From contig NW_003526943.1 of NCBI RefSeq assembly GCF_000181795.1, positions 3,092,707 to 3,156,706 of the forward strand: 64,000 nt of DNA, read 5' to 3'. A program made the translations under genes and the position numbers. Positions 1 to 14,789 of this stretch are shown here, piece after piece. The number at the start of each line of letters is the position of its first letter. Position 1 is the stretch's first letter. The stretch is from Trichinella spiralis. Taxonomy: Eukaryota. Below the pieces are notes generated by a model. That model saw nothing but the letters and a program-made list of their open reading frames with translations. It was not told the origin of the DNA and ran no database searches.

Positions 1-1126
1 GTTCTCCCTTTCAGCTTTCAGTTCCAATTCAATATTCAGTAGAGCAATCTTCGGATTAACGTAAGTTTTCGGTTGCATTTCAAAGCCAGCATAGGAGAAT
101 GTTTTTTTAAACGCCACTCCAAGAATCAATTCCGATTCCTAAACAGAATTATTATTCCCCCGCAGTTGGGGAAGAACTGTATTCAGTTTTGTTTTACGTC
201 CACAGAACCGCCTCGTATTTTCTTTATGCCTAGCATGTTCAACGGCATTGAGTCGTCAAGATGCATGACTGCCTGGACAATCAGTTCAGCGAAATGCTGC
301 TTCTGAGTAGCCACCAGTTTCGAACTCAACGTCGTACATGCGCACTTGATAAGCAACTCTTTCTTCGACATCCCTCTGCAATAGGAAAACTTTATGCATA
401 TGCAAAATTCGATAAAAAACATTACAACAACACAAATGAGATACTTTTTTCCACCGATCTCAATGCTTTCTCCTTTGACATCAACTGCAACATCGTTCAC
501 CACTTGCAACGCCTAAAAAAAGCAATTAATTAACAAAAATGACAATAACAATTAAAAAATCATTTTAAAAAATAACAATTTATTACATATTTCGAAGCTT
601 TTCTGTAAGCGTTGATGATAACTTGCGGATGTATGCCTTCGTCAATGAACGGCTTAGACATTGCCAACAGTTCCGCTGCCAAGAGCACGACAGTGGTCGT
701 GCCATCTCCAATCTGAAAAATATGAAATAAACAATAACACAACAATGCATTGAAAAAAAATACATAAAAGCGATCAAATCAACCTCTGCATCTTGAGATT
801 TTGCCAGGTCAACGAGTACATTCGCTGCAGGTAAAGCTACTTCGAGCGCTTTCAGAATTGTAGCACCGTCGTTGGAAATGATGGTGGTGCCTGTTTAATT
901 TTAAACACAATCGTGAAATTATAGATCAAAAACAGCATAAACAAACAGATTGTGAAAAAGATATCTAACCACTGTTTTGGACGATCATTTTGTCAAGACC
1001 ACGAGGTCCCAGTGTTGTCTTGATGGTGTCAGCAATGGCTTGGCATGCTTGAATGTTGCCAATAATGTGTCGCTTACCTTTAGCCTGTTCAGTACCTGGT
1101 TTGAAAAGAATTATCGGAGCTGACAT
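1..1126 (-). CDS. CCT7: T-complex protein 1 subunit eta (CCT chaperonin), multi-exon, 3' end runs off the window
   Basis: Exons translate [80 protein letters not shown] and [18 protein letters not shown], all typical of CCT eta. ATG at 1126 lies just downstream of a TTTTTTCAG acceptor. Confidence 0.93.
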
Positions 1127-1561
1127 TGTTCGTCGAACTGAAAAAACAAAATCCAACAAAATAATAATAATAATCAAACAGAGATGTGCAAGTTGAAAAA
1201 TATGAAACGCAGCACAACGTCATAGCAGGGAAAGAAAAAGGCAATCGGAAGCAGTTTTGTTGAATTCATTTAATTTCTCTGATGCAACCAACCTACAGTA
1301 ATTTAAGGACACATAAAGCAAAAACTGCAAACCACCCTTAAATGCCATCTATACAGATGATGCTGCCCACTTGCGAACGCTGTCCAACAGGCTCCCGCGC
1401 TCTTCGACCTGCATCGCCATTCAACCGCACATCACATAATCTGAACTGAGAAATAAGAGAAAAAACTAATAAAAATCAACATAACAACAATTGGAAAAAT
1501 TAAAAAAAATTTTTATCTCACCTATTTAATTAAATATTGCCGGTACTTGTAAAAACATTTC

Positions 1562-1592
<31 letters not shown>

Positions 1593-1711
1593 GTATGTAT
1601 GTATATGTATACATATACAACAAGCATGTGCACAATAAATAATAATAATAATAATAATAGAAAAAAAGATTAAATGCCCAAAAAATGTCGCAGTCTGCAT
1701 TTTCCTCCTAC

Positions 1712-4700
1712 TCAATCAACATTACTGATCTCTTTTGACGTGCCTGCCTTTTCCAGCTGGTCCAAGTAGCGTTCTAACACCTTTTCGCGTTCTGACGGCA
1801 CGCACTCCAATACCAAATATCGTTCATCATTCTTAATAGAAAAATGAAAAATGCACCAATTTATTAATAATTAAGACTCTTACTTCTAAAATACTCAAAA
1901 TATCGGTCAGATGCTGTTCACTTTCAAGCATCATTTTTTTCGATCTAAAAAATAAAAATCTTTTAAAATCCTATTAGATTAAAACAAAAACAACCCTTCA
2001 CCTGTGAGTGATTATCTTTGTTTCTTTGAGAAGTTCAATGAAATTATCAACTGCATTTTGCAATTTTTCCATCAAATAATCATTAAATTCACGCTCACAT
2101 TTCTGAAATAATACCAGCATAAAATACATATATAATTAATTATTATTTTTGAAACAATTTTTCCCCTTACACGATCGCTAGAAGAGTACTGCGAATACCG
2201 ACTGTCATTTCGTATAAGTTTTTTAATTTCTTTCCATGTACAAGATAAATTGAACTGAAATGTGGTTCATAAAATAAACAACAACAACAACAAGAACAAC
2301 AATTATGCATACCTGTGGCAACTGATCCAAAAGTTGCCTGTATTCTGTTCGATACTTACGCTTCAGCTCGCGCAAGTGTTCTTCGAAAAGTTCCTCTTTT
2401 TGACCACGGTCCAGTGAGCTCAGCTCTTTCCACCGCTCATCCTTGCGCAGCCTCTTCTTGCTTTCTTCCCACGTCACATCGGTTGTGGTCACTAAATCAA
2501 CAAGCAGCATTTTAAAATGACCTTCCGCACTGATTTCCTCGTCGCTTTCTTCTCCCAAAGGCAGCTTGTTCTTTTTCACATCTGGTTCATACCGTTCCTA
2601 AATTTACATATAATTCCAACACGTGTGAAAAATAAGCTTTTCAAAAAAAGAAAAGAAAAACAATATCTACTTCTGTCCTCGATTGTTCCTGCCTTGTTAC
2701 GGTGGTGGCATTTCTACATTCCTTCTCCTCCTCCTGCTCATCCTCATCACCATCATCATCCTCATCCTCATCATCATCATCATCATCATGATCATCGTTT
2801 TCTTCTTCTTCCTTGTATGCCATTCTCACCTTTTTATTATCGACAATTCGTTCTTCATTCTTTAAAAAAACAAACAACAACAATAAATCAAAAATAATGT
2901 ACATTTGAATGAATATTTTAAAACAAAAAACTGTATGCTTTAAAAATAGCCCCACCGATGAACTGCTCTCAGACTTTCGCTTTCTATTCTCTGTTTGTTT
3001 CTAAAATTATTCACAAATTAACATAAGGGACGAGTTGTACAAACAATTTTCAAAATCAAATACAGATGAATCTTTCAGTGGCTTATCTTTCGAGTGCTGC
3101 TTATCTTTCGGGGCTTCTTCTTTCTAAGAAAAAGAAAATCAACCATTTGTTGTTCGTGTATTAAACAGAATTCAAAGCAAAAACAAAAACAAAAAATAAA
3201 TTACCATAAACCTTTCTTCAGCTCTGGACGTTTCTTTTTCGTTTCTCTATAAGCAACATATTTTTCAAAAAAATTGAAATAAATTCTTCCATATACAACA
3301 ATGAAATAATTTTCAATTACCGATTCAGTATCCTTCGATCGATCTTTATTATCTTTCGTATCGTCGCCCTGAAAATAAAATTTAAATTCATCACATCATC
3401 TTCTGCATTCAAACAAGCAAAGAATTGCACATATTTCTTGGCGATCAAATTTATTACCTTAGATCCAGAAGCTTTCGTGCGAGAATGATCGCGCTTTGCC
3501 GATTTGCCATCCGTTGATCTCTGAAACACAACACAACATTTCACCTGCATGTCAAGCAGGCAACAAGCAAAAAAGAAGCTCTTCAAAAAAAACTCTTACA
3601 TCCTCCCTCGGCAGATCTCTGCAATAATCGATGAACCAATCTTCACGCAAACTGCTCTTCTCAACTGCAATATATCTTGCATCGGAACTCAATTCTTTCT
3701 TGAAATCCACCCAACGACTTCTCCTAGTTATGCCTTCTTGTTCTCTTAATAATGCAAAAAATGCCTCCTTTTGCTAAAATTAACAAATTTACAATGTTAA
3801 TCAAATCAATTTTTAAATAATTCAATGATGGAATGCCACTCGAAGATGCTAGATCAAAAGTTGTGCGCAAAAGTTGAAAGTGAAAAAGAAAGTTACTTTA
3901 GCACGTAGAGCGTGCTTTTCTTCCCGCTCTTTGTTGCGTATATCTCTGACAAAGTCGTCAAAAAGTGATTCGCGTTCGCGAGACTTTTCCAAAGCTTTGA
4001 AGCGGCTGTCATTACCGTATTCAGAAGCAAATTCACTGAACGTTGTTCTGAAAAATAAACAAATAATAATTTTATTCAAAAATTCCAATTGCAAATTAAA
4101 AAAACAATTGGAGCCTATTCAACCCAATGCTTTTCTTACTTTCCCGTAATATCTGCTTCTTGGAGCAATTCGGCAAAATTCGCTTTTGCTTCTTTCAGCT
4201 TCCGCTTTTTTTCAGCACGTTCATTTTCAGCTTTTTCTTTAATAAATTCTTCAAAAGTCTACAATCGGGAAATTAATTGGAGGAAAAAAATATATATATA
4301 TTTCAATCAACTGCACACATACAGCTTTTCTTTCTTTACTCGTCAACAACAAATAACGTGGATCGAAAACGATCTTGTGCAACTCCTTTTCCCAAGTGGA
4401 AAATGCACTGACCTAAAATGTCAAAATTAGAATAAAATAAGCCATTTATTTTCGATTCGCCAAGCCTACCTGTTTTTCTTGGAGCATTTCTCTGAACTGT
4501 TTCGTTCGAACTTCAATCGGAATCTGAGCCCTTTCTTGTGCAGCTTTCATTTCGGCTTCCATTGCCGGATCCGGCGGCTTGTTTACCGGTTGTTTCACTT
4601 GTGGTTGTTTTTCTTTCTGCTTCGTCTTAGCTGGTTGTTCAGATTCCGCCTTTGCATCAGCAGTGCTATAGAACACAAATTTAAGTTTTTTCAAAAAAAA

Positions 4701-6587
4701 ATATTTTAATATTTGAAATGCTACTGCTACTCACTGTTTCGCTTTCTTCGGCACAGAAGTCTGCGAAACAGTCTCCGATTGTGCCACTGATGCTTTTGAT
4801 TGACTTAGTGGCGCTTCTTTCTTAACTTCAGCTACAAAATAGAAAAAAATGTTCATTTTTATCAAACATTCCATGAAAAACAAGAAACAAAGCATACTTT
4901 TCTTCGGTTCCGGCGGATGGCTTAGCAAAAGATCAACGTCAGGCCGTCCGTAAAGTTCTGGGGGTCTTTCCCAAACTGACATCCGTGTATCTGGATTGTA
5001 GAAAAACACTTTCATATCGCTTGTCCAAACCACACACCTGAACACATAACCTCTGTGCTACTGACAAGATTCCAAAAAAAGTATAATGACCAATTCAATC
5101 CTACCATGAACATCCGGCAACGGGATTGCTGCTGATTGGACGTGGCTTGTCTTGCTTCACGCTATCCTGAACCGTAGTTTTAGTAGCCTCTGGTGCGGAA
5201 TCACTGGACTGCACTGACGATGGCTTACCATCGTTGAAAGCTTCCGGTACAGTTTTCGTAACTTCAGAAGTTAACGTTTCAGTTCCATTTTTCACCATCG
5301 CACCAATCGGCTCCGATGCAGGCTTCATTGAAACACCTATTGAAACATATCACATATTGAAAACAAAATTATCAAATAAAAAATCAATAACAATTTACCG
5401 TCCATTTCAGGCGGTCGATCCCACGTCGTCTCGCCAGTCATGGAATTATAATAATAAGGTCTGCCCTGAGGAGAGAAGTATTCCAGCCAAATAGTTCCTG
5501 GACCGTTGATTCTAGGATGCATTGCAGAGTATCCGCCGTACCAGTTTCCTAAAGTAAAATCTCTTAACATGCAATGCATATTAACTATTCTACGATGAAC
5601 AATTTCCATTCTACCAGAGTAAATTAATTACCTTTTAATATTTCTTTCAAAATTCGTTTGCTTAAAATTTAATTTTTTTTGAAAGCATGCAAAATTTTCT
5701 AAGATTATGGTGCTAAAACACACTGTCAGGTCAAAATTACCAATAAACATATATAATTAAAAACAAAAAAATAAAAATAAAACATACCTTGAGAATTATT
5801 TAAAGCATGATGTTGTAGGTGTTGCTGATGCTGCTGTTGTTGTTGTTGTTGTTGCTGCTGCTGCTGCTGGTGCTGTTGGTGAGCTGTTTCTGCATTTTTC
5901 ATCCGTTGTCTTTCGTCAATAGTAACAATTCTACCTTGTATTGGTTTTTCCCATACTGATACACGAGTTATTGAATTGTAATAATACATCTTCAATGGAA
6001 AATATTAATTCTTATAACAAAAGCAACAATTATTACTTTTCCATTATCAGCTCTAGCCTCAAACCAAACTTCATCTTGATTGGGTGGATTCAAAACAGTA
6101 GCTGGGGTAGAATTGTCCTTCGTCACCTCAGCATCAGATAAATTATGGTCATTTTCACCTATCATGTGTAAACACATTAAAATATACAAATTTCATTAAA
6201 AACAACTACTACCCAACCTTGTAAAATGATAATTAACTCTTAAAATAGATTAAAGTACTGAAATTAACATTTTCCATTAAATTGACACAGATCAATCAAT
6301 ACAAATTTATAGAATATGTTTACAACTTGTCAATCTTTTTATGAAAATCATAACATAAATAACAAAACAAACTCTAACGACATTCTTCACTTCAAGAACA
6401 TTTAACTGCGTAAGATTATATACATATAACATAAAAATTTAATTAAATACAAAGCTACAAAAGAAAATCAGACAAAAAAAGCAAATTTATAAAAACGTTA
6501 CTAGATAAAAACTAACAAACCTATCAATCTGGCATCATCTGCAGTAATGTTATGTTCTGCGTTTTCAACCACTTCAAAAGATTCCAT
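1712..6587 (-). CDS. TCERG1: Transcription elongation regulator 1 (CA150) with 3 WW domains and FF repeats, many exons
   Basis: WW motifs ([58 protein letters not shown]), FF repeats ([43 protein letters not shown]), poly-Q tract. C-terminus [28 protein letters not shown] with TGA at 1712-1714. First exon 6587-6521 splices in frame to GENDHNL; the start codon is less certain than the body. Confidence 0.88.
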
Positions 6588-9494
6588 TCTGCTTCTTTAA
6601 ATTAGCAGTATAAACTTTACAGCCAACTCAATTCACACAGTAAATAACAACAAAAAAGCCAACATAACACTAAACAAAAAATAAATAAAACAATAAACAG
6701 ATGCTAATTTAACAATCAAATAATAAATTCTACTGAAAGTTAAAATTAAAAACGAGGTTTTTCAACGAAGTCAAATTAGCTCTTAAGGAATAAATTTACA
6801 AATGAATAATAGAATGCATGCAGAGTAGCCATATATTTCCCATGCCACCATTATAAAAATATTTTTCACAAAATACATGGGCTGAATTTACTATGATAAA
6901 ACCACTCAGTAAATAAAGAAACAAATTAAATAAAAAATATGTTAAAGTGACTGAACGTTTGATTTCAAAAAAATGACATTTACCCAATAAAATAAAATAA
7001 AAATTATCGATGATTTCAGTAAGGAATGTTGAAATTTAGCATAAAAACAAAATTTCACAACTTATTCGAGTGCAAATAAGTAAAAGTTGAGAACAATCTC
7101 GAAAGAAAAACAGTCAAATCAACTTCAATATGACAAATGCTAAAACTAGCAATTACGGTAAAAAGTGGTAAGCAAGTTTAATGAAAATACTGTTTGCTGT
7201 TTAAAACAATCAAATGTTGAAATTTGAAAAAATGATTATAAATAGCTTTAACAGTAAAAATTAAACTCTGAATAATTTAAATTATGAAATTCTTCATTTC
7301 ATCTCCCAAAAACTAAAAAACTGATTATTATAATTTAGATTAAAAATCTAATCATAAAATTGCATATTCTTTTTATAGAATACATACAGAATGCTACAGT
7401 ATTCTAAAATTGATACTGATAACAAAATACAATAAATTTTATGATTAGATTTTTAATCTAAATTTGAAATCGTAAAGTTTGAAATTTCGTTACAATTTCT
7501 GTATTACAGTAATTTAATAATATGCGAAATAATGCTATGCTAAATGGAATTGCTTTTTAAGAAAGGTTTAAATGCCAGTAAGGTATATGAAATTTAAATA
7601 TAAGCGAGATTTGGAAATTCTTTTTTATTTCATAATATTACTGCATCAAATTGAGATATTATTGCACAAGTATTATGCATTATGCACATATGCATACAAC
7701 GTAATATATATAATTGAGGACTAAAAAATGAAAATGTAATGTATTACTTTTTATAAGAATTGGTACTTCTTAACAAGAATTCTTAATTTATTATCCAATT
7801 ACAAAGCTCTTTATCATGATAAACTTCGCAGTACTTAATTTCAAGCTTTGAAACTTTCTTTATTAAGTTCCTTTAACATTTTGCTTGTAAATTCAACTAC
7901 ACGTAACTCACTGAAAAAACTATGGAAAACAGCGGCATATGGAACAGTTTAGTTGATTCTTGAAGTCTTTTCCTAATTTTCTAAAAACGTAGAAAAATAC
8001 ATAACAGCAAAACAGTATAAGGTAATATAAGTTTTTATAAATAATACTGCACATGCATCTAATACTTGTTAAAGAGTTCATTGTGCATATTGAGTATTGA
8101 TGTAATTTCATAAGTAACAAAATTTCTGCACTTGTATAAAAGATCTTGAATACGATGCACATTCAGTACTGATATACAATTCCTGTTTGTCCATTTCTGT
8201 AACAGATATATGAGCTTCACAAACTGCAAATGCTTTCCTCGTTTTCATTCATATTTTTCTGTTATGTTTTATGGTGGGTCAGGTCAAGCGGTCTTTCTAC
8301 AGTATATTACTTTGATAATGAAATTTACATTTTTAAGCTAAAATATTCAATAAGGATTTTCAAAATAACATTATATTATAAAATTGGATTATCATTTTGC
8401 TTTAGATTGATTTATTTCGCCAAGTACAATTATTTCATAATTCAAATTGTCATGTCACAGCTTGTGAATCATAAAAAAATAAAACTATGATAAATGACAT
8501 TAGCGCAGAGTTTAAAGCTAGATCATACGAACAATAGAGACGTTCAAGACATATTATTTGATATAAAAGATGTAATTGAATAAAATGAGGAATTTCTGAA
8601 TAAGTTGAAAATGTGAACTTGATGATTTTTAGTAGATTACTGTTTGACATAGGAAGACAACGTCAGCAGAGAAAGTAAATTTTCCACAACTACTACTGTC
8701 GTATTTTATAATCGTTAAAAATTTTTATACTTCTAAAAAAGTTTTTATAATCGTTCATGAATGAATGATCTATGGAATTGTAAACCTCTTTTATTAGACA
8801 ATCCTAAAAGTCATTTTGACTTTAAGGGATTTTTGGGTAACGAAATTATTTTATTTTCCTAATCTTCACCAGTTTTTGCTTGATTTAAATTAAAACTTCT
8901 GTTTCATTTTCAGTTGAAGATCAGCGGATGCACTGTTGATTGATGTAATTGTACTTTTTTTATGTTTTTTGTTTTGATAAATTGAGCACATATGCTGGAA
9001 TTCAATTTTGTAAATTGTTGTAGTTTGAAAGTTATCATTTTGATAAATGATTTGAAATCAGTTAATTAATCAGTAAATTGCACTATTATTACTGACTGAA
9101 TAGAACTTGAAGCCACTTATTGTTTTTTTTCATTTATTTTGTAGATGAATTATTATTCTTGTATTTTGAAGTCAGATTTCCAAAGTTGCTTTTATGATCA
9201 AATCAGTTTCACAAATTGTGGACAAAGGGAATTTTTTTAATTTAATTTTCTTGATGTAATTTAGATATTATAATTGAATAGAATGTAATTTTCCAGATGC
9301 ATTTGTTTTTTTCATATTTTGAGGCAATTTTTTTTTGGTTACTGTGCGTGACAGACTGTGAACTGACCTTGGCTTGTTTCGGTTTTATTTTTTTCTGTCG
9401 CGCAACTTCCTGCAGCGCTGTGAAATAATAATTTGCAGTCCAAAAAATGACATATTTTATATGTAGGAATTATTATTAATTTTGTTTTCAGCGA

Positions 9495-12400
9495 ATGGAG
9501 CTACGCGTCGGCGGTAAGTTTCTGCTGGGTCGTAAAATTGGAAGTGGTTCCTTTGGCGACATTTACCTTGGTAAGTTGACGTTTGAAATTCAGAAAAGCA
9601 CTGCATTTGAAAAACGGCAATTCTGCTTGCTGATTTGCTTTGGCGATAAATCAATATCATTCGCAGCTTCGTGTCACTCGGTTGCTAGTTCTGCCCTCTC
9701 TGAAACGTTCACTGACTGTCACGTATTGCTTTCTAGTTAAGGAATTATTTTGGCAGAAATGCAAGCATGTCGTCGTCACCTGATTAATGTCGTGCTCGTA
9801 GTGGTGGTGCTCGTCGGTTCATACCGTAAATGTGAACACTGCCTTGTTGTGGAAAAATTTATCCAATCGAATTTTTCAAATCAATAGACAAATTTACATG
9901 TTTTTTGTGAGCAATTTCACTTGCAATCGTCTGGCTGTTCAGTCGAACAATCGACTTCAATTTCAATGTTTATTATAGTCGCTTTGTCAGTTTTGAGAAG
10001 TTAGCTCTGCGTACGCTTGCAGCATTTCAATATCGTCAGTATTGCGCAGTTGGAAAATTGTTTACTGATGCACTTATTTTTTATTCATTATTCAACATCA
10101 ACAACAAATATTCGTCGACGTTATTCATCTTCTCTAATATTTAGATTAGTCATCTTGATTTGTTATTCTTTTCTGCCACATCTGTTTAAAACTGTACGAA
10201 ATCACAAATAATGTGCAATAAGCTGGAAAACGAGGCTTCCTTAACAATTAACAATTCTTGAAATTAACTAGTTTATAACATACCAAGCAGACTAAAAGAT
10301 GATGTGTCTTTTGTCATTTTAGTGAATTTCCTTGTCATATTACGGTGGCTTTTATACGAAAATCAGGTTTTTATTCATTTTGCCATATGAAATTTATATA
10401 TTTGAATTTTGGACATGATAATGAGAAGTAATATTTCTTTAAATTTAGTTTATTTGAATATTTTGTGACAATTGGGTTTGATTGCAAAGCTTGCATGATA
10501 AATGCACACATTGAAAAACAAACTGAAATAATTGTCCTATTCGAGAAATTAATTTGACAGAGTTTCAGACACTATATTATAAGAAGATAGAATTAATTTT
10601 GATTTTTAAATATCATTCATGATGTCCTATTATAGTATGTGAATATATTTTATAAATTATCACGACGTTTTTATGAACATCGCTTCGAGCGAAGTATAGA
10701 TCATCAGCTTTTGTAATTAAGTATTTTTTGAAATTTGAAATTGAAAGATTTAAGAGCACACCTTAGAGACTGGCTGATGCATGGTATTTGCATTTTAGAA
10801 AATGATGAGAATACTTTAATTAATTTGTAATTTTTGAAATTTTAATCAAGAAATGGTTGTTATCAGGGTTTGATGGAATTATTGATAATGTAATTTCCGG
10901 TAGAGTGCTTTTCAAATATTTATGCATGTGCTGTTTCTTCTATTGCAGTTTTCTTTCATATTGAACATTTTAACGTAATTTTGATTTGCCCTGCTATTTC
11001 AGGAAATTGCGATTCATTTACTTCAAATTCATCATCGATTATTTTCTACTTTTAAACAGATAATCAACGATGGTAGATGTTTATCAGTATTCTCAGTGCT
11101 GTTGTAGATAGATGATTCATTTGCATGATAATTTTCTCAGTGGATATTGTTTTTTTTTGCTTTATTTGTCGTATCTTTTTTTCCTTTTATGTTATAGCTG
11201 AGCTTTGGATGTCAGATGCGACGATCAGATTCGAAACATTTGACAAACGATTTAAATTGGAACATGGGAAATGATTGAACTTGCCTGATCCATTGCTCCA
11301 CTTTTGATTGTCATCTGAGTTCAATGATGTAGAAAACACTTGCTGAGCTGCTTCTTAAAATTGATTTTTTTTGTTCCAAGAGTGTGCTAAGAGATGTGCA
11401 ACTACATTTGGGGCGGAATAATATCTTGAAATTATGAATACTCTTAATTTGTAATTTTTTTTCTGTTCTTTAAATTTAGTGTCGAATGACTGTGCACCAA
11501 TGCGATAAAACAGAATTGTAATATGAAATTGAACATTTAGAAATAATTTTACAAAAAAAATATATATTTGCATACATGTATTTGGGATATTTTTTATAAA
11601 TGAAATGTCTCAAAAGTGCTGAATGTGTTTTGTTGTTATTGTTCAAATGTTGAATATTCAACAGTAGTGATTATTGCTTTCTTTGGTGAATGAATAATGG
11701 ACTAAAGGGAGGAAGAAAGAATTGTGCCGGGTTGATTTTCAATGAATGAAAGTTCATTGCGGCGTTGTTTCTGAAATGAAAGCATTAAATTTTAAATATC
11801 ATTGTATGCTTTTTCTGTGATTATTTTTGACGACGTTTTTCTTTATTACAGGACAAAACATGCATACAAAAGAAGAAGTGGCCATTAAATTAGAGTGTAA
11901 TAAGACAAAACATCCACAGCTGTATATTGAATCGAAATTGTATCGTCTTCTTCAAGGAGGAAGTATAATATATTTTATTTTATTTGCTTATATGGTGAGA
12001 CTTTGTTGATGAGATATTGTTTTAGCTGGAGTGCCTAGATTGATCTGGTCTGGTGTTGAAGGTGACTACAATGTGATGGTGGTAGAATTGCTCGGGCCTT
12101 CGCTAGAGGATTTATTCAACTTTTGCAGAAGGAAGTTTTCTTTGAAAACTGTTCTTTTGCTTGCTAATCAGATGGTCAGTAGGACGAATTAGAGTTTTTA
12201 TTTTACTTATCTGTGTATCTATTAAGGGGTTTATTGTTATTTAGTTATCTCGCATTGAATTTGTCCATACTTGCGGCTTTATTCATCGCGATATTAAACC
12301 AGACAACTTTTTGATGGGCCTTGGAAAGAAGGGTAACGTAGTTTATGTAAGTTATAATATTTTATGATTTTTATTTTCGTTATGCAAAAAAAAACTTATT

Positions 12401-13582
12401 TAAAATTTATTTTGGTATTTTAGATTATTGATTTTGGCTTGGCGAAAAAATATCGCGACAGTAGAACTTTATTGCACATAGCTTACAGAGAGAACAAAAA
12501 TTTGACGGGTACAGCAAGATATGCTTCGCTTAACACACACTTAGGCATCGGTACTGGTCAAAATTTTTATCATTCTATTTTTATCATTGATACTGTATAA
12601 TTAAATTTGTTTTTTGTATTTAATTTTTAGAACAAAGTCGTCGTGATGACTTAGAGTCACTTGCGTACGTACTGATATATTTTATTCGAGGCTCTTTGCC
12701 TTGGCAGGGCTTGAAAGCGGCAACGAAGCGCCAAAAATATGAAAAAATTAGTGAGAAAAAAATTAACGTTTCTGTTGAACAGTTGTGTAGCGGCATGCCA
12801 GGTAAGTTCCTTGAACTGTTTTTATTTATTTGAAAAATAATGGATTTTGTATTTTTTAAAATTATTTTTCAGTTGCGTTTCTCAATTATTTGCAGTATTG
12901 TCGTGGCCTTGGATTTTCACAATCACCAGAATATGCTTATTTCCGTCAAGAATTTAGGAATCTTGCCATTCGCTTGGGCTACGAATATGATTATGTTTTT
13001 GATTGGAATTTGATAAAAATTGTAAGTAGTAAAATTATAAATTAGAACGCGAATGGTGCGAATAGATGGATAGGTAGAGGTGTGCGCTTTTTTCTGTTTC
13101 AGCAAGATGACGGTTGCAGAAGGCCACAGACTCGACCAGTGGATGTGGCTGTTGGCGGGGAGCAGGCAGGTCCGTCAGTTTTGTCTAGACCTTTCAAAAG
13201 CACGATTGTACCGGATACTTTTGAAAAACCGTTGGCGCATGTAACTTTGTACGATAAGTTGTCCGAAGAAGTTCTGGACCACGCCATTGTTGAAGATTAT
13301 CGGTCGCGCTGTTTCAATCTGTTAGTGAATAATGCAAAGGACGATCACCACCACCACCACACTGCCAACGTTGCGGGTGCCTCGGATACGCAGCGCAAGG
13401 GGCAGAATTCTCGGGTCGTCGACCAACAGCAGCAGCCGCATTCCAAAGAAATCAAGAACTCTTACAAAAATAACGTTCCCGAGTGCAAGGATCAGCGTGT
13501 AGATAGTTTGAATATTCCAAGTCTTCCGCCGGCGGATTTGCACCGCGAGTGGCCCAAGCCACCGTCAGCTGACTTTAAATAA
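9495..13582 (+). CDS. CSNK1D: Casein kinase I delta/epsilon (kin-20/doubletime family)
   Basis: Exon 1 [26 protein letters not shown], then a 2.3-kb intron, then [85 protein letters not shown]. Last exon 13103-13582 encodes a divergent tail. Confidence 0.93.
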
Positions 13583-14789
13583 TACTGCCTGCTTGCCCTG
13601 TTGCGTTTGTTGTTTGCGCTTTTTCCTCATGTTTCCCTCCCCCCTCCCCCCCCAAAAAAAAAATTCCAAATTGCACGTCTGTCTGTACAATATTTTTGCA
13701 GATGGCGTTGAACGAAAAAGCAACAGGTATGTTGTACTATTTTATATATACATTGTCTACAGAAAGCAGTTGCGTGTTTTTCTTCTCTCCTCTGATCAGC
13801 TCACACAGTAAGCTTTTCTTCTGAAGATGAAATTCAAATTGCTTCTGTCAAATGTGATTTAATGTGGTCAATTTTACATTGTTATTTCACTCAATTTTCA
13901 TATCGAAGTGTTATAAGTTTTTTTTGCAACACAACACACAAAGAACACATCTACCGAGAACGCACTTTGAAATTTCAACAGAAATCTGCAAACTGCGAAC
14001 GAATTTTAAATTTGTTTATTAAATACCTTCGACTCTGCACTGTTGTTCACTTTTGTATATTTTTTCACGTCAGCTTTAATGACAGAATTTTCCATTTTTT
14101 CTAATCTTCAGAAGTGGAGGCCCTGAATTCAATGGAAAATGTTCACGAAACAGTATCAGTGGTTACTTTCTTTATGAGACTTGTTTGCAAAAAATTTTAC
14201 AATTTTACCTCCTCTTTTGACAGTACTTGCTTTGCTTTGGTCGAAATAAGATGTACAATCGTATGTAAATAAATGCACCTATATTACAAGTTAATCAATT
14301 ATTTTTTTATTCCTAATTTGATCGTCGTTTCGTTTTATCAGATACTCATGTCAAATTTTATAATTGATCAAATACAACAAATCAGACAGGAACGTTTATC
14401 AAACAAATGCACTAATGTAATTGATTAATTTAGCACGATAAGAATTATCGTTAATTGCGTGCCGTGACAAGAAATAGAATTTTAGTTTAACAATTTCAAA
14501 TTGTTTCACATAGCGAACTGCAGAAGGATAAAGAGGAAAAACAATGATGAACATCTGTGAAAATTAACTGAAGAACAGAAATGTTGAAGAATTTTAATAA
14601 TTTCAATAACGTTGTTGGAAACGGCAGTTGGGATGGATATCTGTGCCAATCAGGCGTTGCGGAAGTACCTGCTTCCGCATTCCGATTATGCTGTATGATG
14701 TTGCGATGCGATATCGGGGTTGAAGCAAAGTCGGCAATTGTGCAAGTTTGCTCTGAGCTTAAGCATGCGCAGAGTGAGATGAAAGACAA

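Noticed and set aside
2517..2897. His-rich and Ile/Leu-rich plus-strand ORFs
   Set aside because: Antisense shadows of the GAT/GAG-rich acidic exon of TCERG1.
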